This document shows positions 7,938 through 16,164 of a DNA stretch of 64,000 nt, piece by piece (position 1 is the first letter of the stretch; every line of letters starts with the position of its first letter). Source of the stretch: a virus; the IMG/VR virus record IMGVR_UViG_3300009095_000016, positions 2,271-66,270 of that record; one strand, given 5' to 3'. The notes under the pieces were generated by a model, which was not told where the DNA came from, searched no databases, and was given only the letters and a program-made list of their open reading frames with translations. The translations under genes were made by a program, and so were the position numbers.

Positions 7938-9905
7938 ATGGCCGGTGTAGTCGGCTTCGACATCGAGACCGCCAGCGCCGAGCTGATCTTCAAGGGCGGC
8001 TACGAGGGTCCCTTCGTGCGCCTCGTCGGCTGGGTGGTGGACGACGGCGAACCGCAGATCTCCACCGACCCGGAAGACCTGCTCACCGTCCTGCGCGATG
8101 CCAGCGTGATCTACGGGCACAACGTCCTCGGCTTCGACCTCATCGCCCTGGCGGTCCACTGCGGGGCCGACTACCACGAACTGGCCGCGAAGGCGATCGA
8201 CACCCTCGTGGGCGAGCGGACCATCAACCCGCCCTATCCGAAGCTGCGGCCCGGCGTGAAGCTGAACTTCCGAGCGCTCGCCCGGCGCGGCCTCACCCCG
8301 GCGGACCTGCGCATCAGCTACCGCCTCAACGACGTGGCGGCACGCTACGGCTTCGAGGGCAAGACGGACCACCTCCCGCGCATGGCCGCGCAGTACGGCG
8401 GCTACGACAAGATCCCCATCGACCTGGCCGAGTACTGGGACTACCTGCGCGGCGACCTCGTCGCATCACGTGACGTCTACCGCGAGATGGGGCGCCGGGC
8501 CCACCGCAAGAACCTGATCCCTGTCGTGAAGCGCGAAATGCTGATCGCGGCGATCCAGAACGGCATGTACCTCAAGGGGCTCGAAGTCGATCTCGACGAG
8601 GTGCATGCCCAGATCCGCGCGGCCGAAGAACAACGGGCCAAGGCGTACCACTTCCTCCACGAGAAGGCCGGGGTGCCCCTCCCGAACTCACAGATCCGCT
8701 GGCAGGAGCAGGTCGAGGTGAAAATCCCGCGCACCACGCCTCACGGCAAGCGGGTCCGCCGCCTGTACGAGAGCCTGTTCAAGCGGCCCTGCCCGGACGT
8801 ACGGGCGGGATACCGGTGGCGCACCGACGTGATCGGCCCGTCCCCGCTATCGACCAACCGGGGGCGCGACGCATTCGAGCAGGCGCTGCGTGCGGCGGGG
8901 GGGCGCGACGAAGACATTCCCTACACCCTGAACGGCGGCAAGCTCGCACTGTCCAAGGATGCGCTCGGCAAGGACGCGTGGCTGCGGGGCCAGGAATCGA
9001 TCCCCGGACTCAGCCGGAAGTACGCCGACAACCCCGAGGTGCTTGAGCTGTGCGAAGCGGCCATCATGGTCGGCTCCGCCAGCGGCAAGGCCGAAGAGGT
9101 GCTGGAGAACGTCTGCCCCGACGGCCGCGTGCACGCCCAGATCGGCGACATTCAGGCGTCCGGCCGGTGGGCGCACATCAAACCGTCCGTGACGAACATC
9201 GGAAAGCGCGGCGCCGCACTGCTCCAGCGCCGGATGTTCCGGGCGAAGAAGGGATGCGCCTTCATCGCGATCGACCTCGACCAGGTCGACGCCCGAGCCG
9301 TGGCCGGATGGTGCCAGGACCCCGAGTACATGAAACTCGCGAGGCCCGGCATGGACATGCACCGCGAGGTCGCCTTCCGGGTCTTCGGCAGCCGGGACGA
9401 CGAAGCGCGTGGCAAGGCGAAGGCGATCACCCACGCCTGGAACTACGGCCAGGGCCCGAAGGGCGCTTCGGCCCACACCGGGCTCCCACTGGAGACCACC
9501 AGGAAGTTCGACGACGGGATGAAGCGCGCCTTCCCGGTGTTGTGCCGCTGGCGTGACCGGATCCGGCGCCGGGCTGAGCAGACCGGTCTCGTCCCCAGCA
9601 AGTGGGGCAGGCCGCTGCGGGTCATCCCGGGGCAGGAGTACACGCAGGCCCCCGCCCAGGTGGGCCAGTCGACGACTCGTGACCTGCTGTGCGACGGCCT
9701 GCTCAGGATGGACCGCGAGGTGCTGGAGATGCTGGTCCTCGTGATCCACGACGAGATCGTGCTGGAGGTGCCCGAGGACCGGGTGGATGAGATCGCCGAG
9801 CGGGCCATGAAGGCACTCACGACCTTCTTCGAGACCGTCCCGATCACATGCGGCGTCAGCCCGGCGTCGAAGAGCTGGATCGGCTGCTACGAGAAGGCGG
9901 CGTAG
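7938..9905 (+). CDS. polA: DNA polymerase I (family A) with 3'-5' exonuclease
   Basis: ExoI FDIET, ExoII GHNVLGFD, motif A DLDQVDAR, motif B RGKAKAITHAWNYG, motif C IHDEIV. Confidence 0.95.
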   Translation: MAGVVGFDIETASAELIFKGGYEGPFVRLVGWVVDDGEPQISTDPEDLLTVLRDASVIYGHNVLGFDLIALAVHCGADYHELAAKAIDTLVGERTINPPYPKLRPGVKLNFRALARRGLTPADLRISYRLNDVAARYGFEGKTDHLPRMAAQYGGYDKIPIDLAEYWDYLRGDLVASRDVYREMGRRAHRKNLIPVVKREMLIAAIQNGMYLKGLEVDLDEVHAQIRAAEEQRAKAYHFLHEKAGVPLPNSQIRWQEQVEVKIPRTTPHGKRVRRLYESLFKRPCPDVRAGYRWRTDVIGPSPLSTNRGRDAFEQALRAAGGRDEDIPYTLNGGKLALSKDALGKDAWLRGQESIPGLSRKYADNPEVLELCEAAIMVGSASGKAEEVLENVCPDGRVHAQIGDIQASGRWAHIKPSVTNIGKRGAALLQRRMFRAKKGCAFIAIDLDQVDARAVAGWCQDPEYMKLARPGMDMHREVAFRVFGSRDDEARGKAKAITHAWNYGQGPKGASAHTGLPLETTRKFDDGMKRAFPVLCRWRDRIRRRAEQTGLVPSKWGRPLRVIPGQEYTQAPAQVGQSTTRDLLCDGLLRMDREVLEMLVLVIHDEIVLEVPEDRVDEIAERAMKALTTFFETVPITCGVSPASKSWIGCYEKAA

Positions 9906-10078
9906 CCCGGCACCAGCATGCAGGCAGGTGGATGTAGCGCACGCGCCGGGTTTCCGCATCCTCCTGGTGCTGCACCTGGTGCGGGTGGTCAGCAGTGTCG
10001 GTGACCGGAACAGGCCACGCGTGAACATGACGCCACAGATTTTCGCTCATTAGCGCATATTTATCGGAAAGGTGAGAG

Positions 10079-10657
10079 ATGTCCAGAACGACTTCCATGA
10101 GCACCCGGCACGGCTTCTTCCTGCACTGCATGGACCCGGGCGGGGACACCGGGCTCAGCCTGCTCCGCATCGAAGCCGACGACTTCGAGCTGGTCGACTG
10201 GGCGACCATCCCCTACGACCCGTCCCTGGAGGCCGACGGCGCCATGCCCTCCATGAAGCTGATCGAGTGGGTGGACCGGCACCCGGGCAGGCATCAGTTC
10301 CTGTACGAGAACTTCCACCTGCGCAACAACAGCGCCCAGAAGGACACGACCGCTCTGCGGGTGATCGGGTCCGTGGAGCAGGTGTTGTTCGAGCGGCGCC
10401 TGTACGAATCCGTCCACCCGCAAGAACCGGTCGAGGCCAAGCACATGGTTCCCGACGAGGTGCTGGAGGCGCTGGGGCTGCACATGGAGCACCAGCACGC
10501 CCAGCGCCACGTCAGAGACTCACTGCGGCACGCGGTGACACACCTGACCCGGATGCGCTACCTGCCGGTGTGCCGGGCCGCCTACCCCAAGGGCGGCGGA
10601 GCTACGAGCCGTAGCCCTCGTTCGCGCCCGTCATCCGGTTCCACTCCTGCCAGGTGA
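10079..10657 (+). CDS. RuvC-like Holliday junction resolvase
   Basis: MDPGGDTG motif, a conserved E (LYENF), a C-terminal H.RD and an upstream GAAAGGTGA RBS. Confidence 0.75.
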   Translation: MSRTTSMSTRHGFFLHCMDPGGDTGLSLLRIEADDFELVDWATIPYDPSLEADGAMPSMKLIEWVDRHPGRHQFLYENFHLRNNSAQKDTTALRVIGSVEQVLFERRLYESVHPQEPVEAKHMVPDEVLEALGLHMEHQHAQRHVRDSLRHAVTHLTRMRYLPVCRAAYPKGGGATSRSPRSRPSSGSTPAR

Positions 10658-11072
10658 CGACCTGCACCGTACCGACCTCGATGGTGTCGGTCATGATGCT
10701 CGGCTCGCCTCCCTCGTCGGGGTTCAGGGCGCCCGTGCCGGACTCGGTCTGGGCGCCCCAGGCGTAGATGGTGACCGTGCTCCCGGCCTGGAGGACGGAG
10801 CCCTCGTTGACCGTCAGAATGGCCTCCTGCGGCGCATCCAGGGCCTCGGGGAACTGGGCTGCGAAGGTGCGGCTCGTCGGCCCGGAGGCGGTCTGTGAGG
10901 CGTCGTACGGGGTGCCCTCCAGCGTGAGGCCCGGCACGAACGGATTCGGCACCTGGCCGGAGAAGACGAAGTAGAGCCTGATGCCGCCCAGGGTGGTCAG
11001 GTCGCCCGGCGCGGGCACCTCGAACGTGAAGGACGCGGGCACCCCGTCCGTGGGGATCGTCACCGTGGTCAC
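10602..11072 (-). CDS. hypothetical protein, probable tail-associated beta-rich protein
   Basis: Last gene of the coupled leftward tail operon, with a GTGA overlap to the upstream gene. Confidence 0.6.
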   Translation of the reverse strand: MTTVTIPTDGVPASFTFEVPAPGDLTTLGGIRLYFVFSGQVPNPFVPGLTLEGTPYDASQTASGPTSRTFAAQFPEALDAPQEAILTVNEGSVLQAGSTVTIYAWGAQTESGTGALNPDEGGEPSIMTDTIEVGTVQVVTWQEWNRMTGANEGYGS

Positions 11073-11230
11073 TGTTCCTGCTCCTCGCGTGCGGCGATGC
11101 GGGCCTGCGCCGACGACCGGCGCTCGCGCTCCAGTGCGGCCTCCAGCATCGCGATCTTCCTATGAGCCTCGGTGAGCTGGCGTTCGTACGAGGCCAGCAC
11201 GTCCTCTGACGACACGGTCCCTACATCCAC
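11069..11230 (-). CDS. 53-aa coiled-coil protein (not in ORF track)
   Basis: MDVGTVSSEDVLASYERQLTEAHRKIAMLEAALERERR..., overlapping both neighbours in translationally coupled fashion. Confidence 0.6.
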   Translation of the reverse strand: MDVGTVSSEDVLASYERQLTEAHRKIAMLEAALERERRSSAQARIAAREEQEQ

Positions 11231-11991
11231 GTGTTCTCCTTCAGCAGGCCACGCCTGACGGCTGCGGCCACCACCCTCTTGCGCATGATCTCCGGAACAT
11301 CGCCCTCCATGAGGGCGTGATTCACGAACCCTTCGCGCGCCCGTTCCAAGTCCGGCTCACGGTCGGTCAGCAACTGCCTGACGGCGTCCAGTGGCGCCGA
11401 AGGGACCAGGGTGATGCGCCGGGTCTGCTCCTCGGTCCGCCGGTTGGTCTCCCGTCGCTGGTTGACCGTATCGGTCGACAAGCCGGTCATGCCACGGCAG
11501 GCGAAGTTCTTCTGGTCGGCCGAGGCGAGGCATGCCTTGACGTCCTCCACGCCGGAGAGCACCGTCTCCAGGCACATGGCCACGGCGCCGTCAGTGGTGG
11601 CCGGAAGGGCTGTCGCCTTGGATTCGACACGGTCGAAAACGTAGTCCGGATTGAACGACTTCATGCGCACCGGGGGCACCTCGAAGTAGTGCTCCGTGAT
11701 ACCGGCCAGCGGATGTACCCCGTAGTCCTCGTCGTCCGACTCCCGGGCGTAGTACCGCTCCAGGTCTTTCAGCTCCATGTCGATGGTGCTGGCGTAGTCC
11801 GGAAGACCCCACATCTCCTTGCGGTAGGCGATCACGCTCATGCGGATGTGGTGCCCGAACTCGACTGGGTCGTCCGGGTTGTTGGGATTTTTGTGGACGA
11901 CGATCAGCATGTCCTGCGTCGGGTCGTAGTCCTCCCCCTTCGCAGGCTGGTGCTCTCGGATCACGTGCCGGGTCACGTTGATTTCAGCCAT
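11221..11991 (-). CDS. hypothetical protein downstream of the tail fibre-like gene
   Basis: 256-aa ORF with operon-typical spacing and codon bias. Confidence 0.7.
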   Translation of the reverse strand: MAEINVTRHVIREHQPAKGEDYDPTQDMLIVVHKNPNNPDDPVEFGHHIRMSVIAYRKEMWGLPDYASTIDMELKDLERYYARESDDEDYGVHPLAGITEHYFEVPPVRMKSFNPDYVFDRVESKATALPATTDGAVAMCLETVLSGVEDVKACLASADQKNFACRGMTGLSTDTVNQRRETNRRTEEQTRRITLVPSAPLDAVRQLLTDREPDLERAREGFVNHALMEGDVPEIMRKRVVAAAVRRGLLKENTWM

Positions 11992-11997
11992 CGTTCC

Positions 11998-14900
11998 TCA
12001 CGGAGTTCCACACATGCAGATGAAGAAGACTTCCTCGGTACCCGCACTGGAAACGTACTGGAAGCCACCTTCGGTTCCGCTGGGGAACTGGTAGATCGAA
12101 CTTGTGACCGGACTCGATCCGCCGTTGGGGCAGAGGATCGGGTAGTACCTGCGTGTCGTCACGGATCCGTACGAGTAGGTTCCGTTCTGGAAGCTGAGGC
12201 GGTCCATGCGGAGCATGTCGTTCGTGTAGTGGCCCGTGTTGAACATGCCGCCAATGCGGAAACGGGCAACCGAGGTGTCCCAGTAAATCCCCTGTACGGA
12301 AATCGTTTCTGAACCGTACTTCCTCGCAACGTGCGAGTTTGTGATTCCGTATGCGAACTGGAGGTCGACGCGGCCGGAGGAGTTCACCGTCTGCTCGGGT
12401 CCGGTAATGACGAAGCCTCGCGGATCCCAGCCGCCCGTACCCGTTGCATCGACCTGGAAGATACGTGGGCCGTAGTTCGCCAGGCCGTCCCACCGGATTC
12501 CCGACTGGCCGTTGTAGTTCGCGTTCTCGGTGATCTTGACGACGGCCGCACCGGACTGACTGGTCATCTCGTAGTAGGCGGAACGGATCGAATGCTTCGC
12601 CGTGATGGCATCGGCATCGAGCTTGTCCGTGGTCACCGCATTGGCGTCGATCAGGGGCGCCTTGATCAAGCCATTCCCGATGAACACCGAGGATTCCTGC
12701 CACACCTCGATCTGTGTGACCTCCAGGGCGACATCTGTGGAAACTCCGTTCTCGAACTTTACGTAGATGTAGGGAATGTAACTGACCGTTCCAGCGGCTG
12801 GTGTCCACCCGTTGACCGACTGAATCGTGTAGGTGCCGTTCGCCGTAATGCTGAAATCGGCGATGATCACACCCGACGACCCCAGGCCCGCGCCGCTGCG
12901 CTGGAACTGGCGGGCAAGCATCGCAATGTTGATCGTCGCCGCACCGGGGCTCGCCGGGATGCCGGTCGCGGTCACCACGAAGCGCGCCCTGATGGCGCCA
13001 CTGCCACCCGAGGCGTTGGCAGGCAGCGTGTAGGGGATGGCCAGCTCGTTGCTGGACAGGCCCGGACCCGGGAAGGTCTGGAGAGGATAGTTGACCAGGG
13101 TGTTGTTGGTCAGGCCGAACCGGTTGAACGAGTTGGCGGTCGTGTTGTTGTCGATACGCACGGCGCCAGCGGACGTGATGGACCACAGGACGCCGGAAGC
13201 CGAGGAGTTATTGGCCTGCGTGATGCGCGCCGTGTTCAGCTCGGCCGAGGAGAAAGTCGGGTCGATCACCAGGTTGTTGGGGTCGCCGACGGAAAGCGTC
13301 TCCACCGAAAGGCTGTGTGCCTTGATCTCCTCGGCGGTGATCGTTCCTGCGGCGATGTTGTTCGCCGTGATGGTGTTGGCCGCGATGTCGGGACCGACTA
13401 CACCGAGAACGACGATCGACGAAACGGCCGAAGCGGGCGAGATGACCGAGGCGCTGTTCATCGCCTTGTAGCGCACGTAGACCGTGTCCCCGACGTTCCA
13501 CGTGGGGATGCCACCCTTGCCGCTCATGATGATCGAGGCGCCGGGGGAGAAGATCTCTCCCGCGTGGTACCAGTTCGAGTTGTCCACAGAGACCTCGACC
13601 TGGATCTCGCGGAACTCAGGCGGGTAGCCGTTGCCGATCTCGTCCAGCCCGTCCCACTCCGCCTTCACCGTGCTGAGCTTCGAGGAGAGGATCGGAGCAG
13701 AGGGGATTTCCGGAGCCGTTGTCGGGTATCCCATCGTCTGCACGATGGCATTCGACCAGGCGGATGCGTAGCCGGAATCACGGATCGCCTGAACGCGGAA
13801 CTCGTAGCTGTAACCCGAGTCCAGCAACGGCACCTTCGCGTGAATGACCTGGCCGGTCGAAGGCGAGTCGGGCTGGGTCACCTGAACGGTGAACGCCTGC
13901 TGCCAGTTGAAGTCCGAGCGGCGGGCCGCAACGTTGTACCGCAGGATCTCGATCGTCCGATTTTCGACGTCCTGGGTCACCACCTGGAAGGCGACATCGG
14001 CCATCGAGACCGGATCGCCCAGCTCGGAGAAGTACGGCTCGTTGACGACCGTATTCAGAATGGGCGCCTTCGGCGGCGTGGAGTCGATCGGTGCGGGCTT
14101 CTGGGGCTTGGCGCCTGCGCCCGTACCCCCTCCTCCGACCGAGCCGCCGCCGCCCGAGACGCGGGCCACCCACCGCTCTGTCTGGAGTGCGCGGTCCGTG
14201 AAGCGGTCGTTCAGCGTGAGGGAGATGTTCACGCCGTACGGATCGGTGCCGGAGAGCGTGACCTGGTAGACACGCATGGACGCCTTCTGGGCACCTGTCG
14301 TCGCGTCGCTCATGGCTCGGATGAAGTCGCCCGGCCGGTAGTCCACCAGGGGCACCGGGGCGCCCTCGGTCCACACGAACTTCTTCGTGTACTGGGTGCG
14401 ACTCTTGTACTTCGTGAGCAGCAGATTGTCGGTGATCTGTGCGAGCGTCTGCACGTCCGTCACGCCGGATGCGGAGATCGCCTCGTCCCACTTGCCCCAC
14501 GGGTAGTCGACCGAGTCCGGCGCCTCGACCATGCCGGAGATGAGCTGCTGGTCGCCGATCGCGACGATGAACCCGGCGAGGTCTTCCCACGTGCGTTCGA
14601 CCGGCTCCTCGGTGGTTCCGAGCATGCTGTGGATGTGCACGCCCGTGTCCGAGTCGAGCTGCCTGCGCAGGGTCGTGTCGGCCTTGTAGAGCTGAAGGGC
14701 CCGGCCGTTCATCCGCCAGTCGAAGAACCCCTGACGGGAGAGGGCGTCGATCATCGACCAGGCGTCCTGCCCGTAGTCGAAGTTGCCCTTCATCGTGACA
14801 CCCCACGCGGTGCCCGCCGAGTCCACGCTTCCGGTGAAGGAGTAGGTCAGACCGGGGATGTTGCCCCGGTTCTTGGCGTAGTCGATGATCTCCTTGACCG

Positions 14901-15315
14901 GCAGAGCTGGCGAGACGGCCGTCTTGTAGGCGACCTGTCCGTCCTTGTTCAGGCGCGGCAGGTCGGGGTCCATCCAGTGGACCTTCTTGAGCTGCCAGCC
15001 GTACGACGGCATCGTGAAGGAGAGAATGCGCGGGCGGGCCGCCAGGTCGAAGGACCGGCGGATGTTCAGGAACCGGCACCCGGGGTGCTCGGTGAAGGTT
15101 CCTGTGACCGGGTCGCGCAACTCAAGCGCGACTTCACAGGGCGTCTTCAGGAGGTTGGCCGCGTCGGAGCCATCCGGGTAGGTCATCGTGAGCGACGGCA
15201 TGTCGTTCAGCGGGATGCCTGCTTCCCAGGAGAGCGGATGCGGCAGGACTCCGATCGGCGACCCGTTCGCCTCGTATGCCCGGAACCGGACGACCAGGGT
15301 ATTCACCAGGGCCAT
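11998..15315 (-). CDS. minor tail protein (hub plus FN3-like repeats plus C-terminal receptor-binding region)
   Basis: 1105 aa after the distal tail gene, with FN3-like YEFRVQAIRDSGYASAW and YVRYKAMNSASVIS and repeated I.A..ITA motifs. Confidence 0.85.
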   Translation of the reverse strand: MALVNTLVVRFRAYEANGSPIGVLPHPLSWEAGIPLNDMPSLTMTYPDGSDAANLLKTPCEVALELRDPVTGTFTEHPGCRFLNIRRSFDLAARPRILSFTMPSYGWQLKKVHWMDPDLPRLNKDGQVAYKTAVSPALPVKEIIDYAKNRGNIPGLTYSFTGSVDSAGTAWGVTMKGNFDYGQDAWSMIDALSRQGFFDWRMNGRALQLYKADTTLRRQLDSDTGVHIHSMLGTTEEPVERTWEDLAGFIVAIGDQQLISGMVEAPDSVDYPWGKWDEAISASGVTDVQTLAQITDNLLLTKYKSRTQYTKKFVWTEGAPVPLVDYRPGDFIRAMSDATTGAQKASMRVYQVTLSGTDPYGVNISLTLNDRFTDRALQTERWVARVSGGGGSVGGGGTGAGAKPQKPAPIDSTPPKAPILNTVVNEPYFSELGDPVSMADVAFQVVTQDVENRTIEILRYNVAARRSDFNWQQAFTVQVTQPDSPSTGQVIHAKVPLLDSGYSYEFRVQAIRDSGYASAWSNAIVQTMGYPTTAPEIPSAPILSSKLSTVKAEWDGLDEIGNGYPPEFREIQVEVSVDNSNWYHAGEIFSPGASIIMSGKGGIPTWNVGDTVYVRYKAMNSASVISPASAVSSIVVLGVVGPDIAANTITANNIAAGTITAEEIKAHSLSVETLSVGDPNNLVIDPTFSSAELNTARITQANNSSASGVLWSITSAGAVRIDNNTTANSFNRFGLTNNTLVNYPLQTFPGPGLSSNELAIPYTLPANASGGSGAIRARFVVTATGIPASPGAATINIAMLARQFQRSGAGLGSSGVIIADFSITANGTYTIQSVNGWTPAAGTVSYIPYIYVKFENGVSTDVALEVTQIEVWQESSVFIGNGLIKAPLIDANAVTTDKLDADAITAKHSIRSAYYEMTSQSGAAVVKITENANYNGQSGIRWDGLANYGPRIFQVDATGTGGWDPRGFVITGPEQTVNSSGRVDLQFAYGITNSHVARKYGSETISVQGIYWDTSVARFRIGGMFNTGHYTNDMLRMDRLSFQNGTYSYGSVTTRRYYPILCPNGGSSPVTSSIYQFPSGTEGGFQYVSSAGTEEVFFICMCGTP

Positions 15316-15318
15316 GTG

Positions 15319-16161
15319 CTACACCACCGCATACCGTGATCGAACCTGCACTCCGTTGTTCCCTCCGGCAGTTGTAACGGTGAATGTGCCGGTCCTGTTC
15401 CCGAAAGCACCGGAACCACGAGACGTGAAAGTCAGTGGGCCGTTTCCACGGAATTCCAGGGCTCCGGTCACGTTGGTTCCCGTGGTGAAACTCCACGTTT
15501 CCGAGGACTGGAGCCGGGCCCTCATGTAGCGGGGATCGATCAGCAGCCACTGCGCCGCGCTGACCGAGGAGGACCCGTCCCCCCAGAAGATCGTGGTCGT
15601 CGAAGTGTTGTCGGTGACCGTCAGGGAAGTGGCCGGACCCTTCAGCAGCAGGAGGGCGTCGGCGATCGGAACCGTCGAGGCGAGTGCGTTGGCCAAGGTG
15701 TTCGAGGCACTGTTGAAGAAGGTGACGGTGGTCTCAGCTCCGCGCCAGGCGCCCCCGGGGATGCTGAAAATGAGCGTCGCGTCGGCTCTGCTGCCGGGGC
15801 AGGAGAAGTCCGGGGTGTTCATCGAGACGAGCTGGGCGTCCGCCGTCTCCTCGATCGTTCCGCGCACCCGTGTGAGCGTGATGGGCTGGTTGGTGCCCAT
15901 CCCGAGCAGGCCCATCAGCGTGTTCCAGCGGGACGCCAGCGACTCCGCGTCGCCATCCACCAACCTGACCCTCAAGGACACCGTGATCTGCGACAGCGGG
16001 TCGTTCCACTGCGGGATCGCGTAGTGGACGCCGGGGATCTCGATGACCGCGCGGCGCGGCGCCAGGGCTGGGGCGTACTCGGTGCCCTCCAGGAGGTAGA
16101 TGCCCGCGTTCACGGCGTTGCCGCCGATCGTGAACCCGTTGATCTTGTATGCCGTCGCCAT
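15319..16161 (-). CDS. minor tail protein (distal tail, Dit-like)
   Basis: Immediately downstream of the tape measure gene, with an IPG.H motif and typical size. Confidence 0.75.
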   Translation of the reverse strand: MATAYKINGFTIGGNAVNAGIYLLEGTEYAPALAPRRAVIEIPGVHYAIPQWNDPLSQITVSLRVRLVDGDAESLASRWNTLMGLLGMGTNQPITLTRVRGTIEETADAQLVSMNTPDFSCPGSRADATLIFSIPGGAWRGAETTVTFFNSASNTLANALASTVPIADALLLLKGPATSLTVTDNTSTTTIFWGDGSSSVSAAQWLLIDPRYMRARLQSSETWSFTTGTNVTGALEFRGNGPLTFTSRGSGAFGNRTGTFTVTTAGGNNGVQVRSRYAVV

Positions 16162-16164
16162 GAA

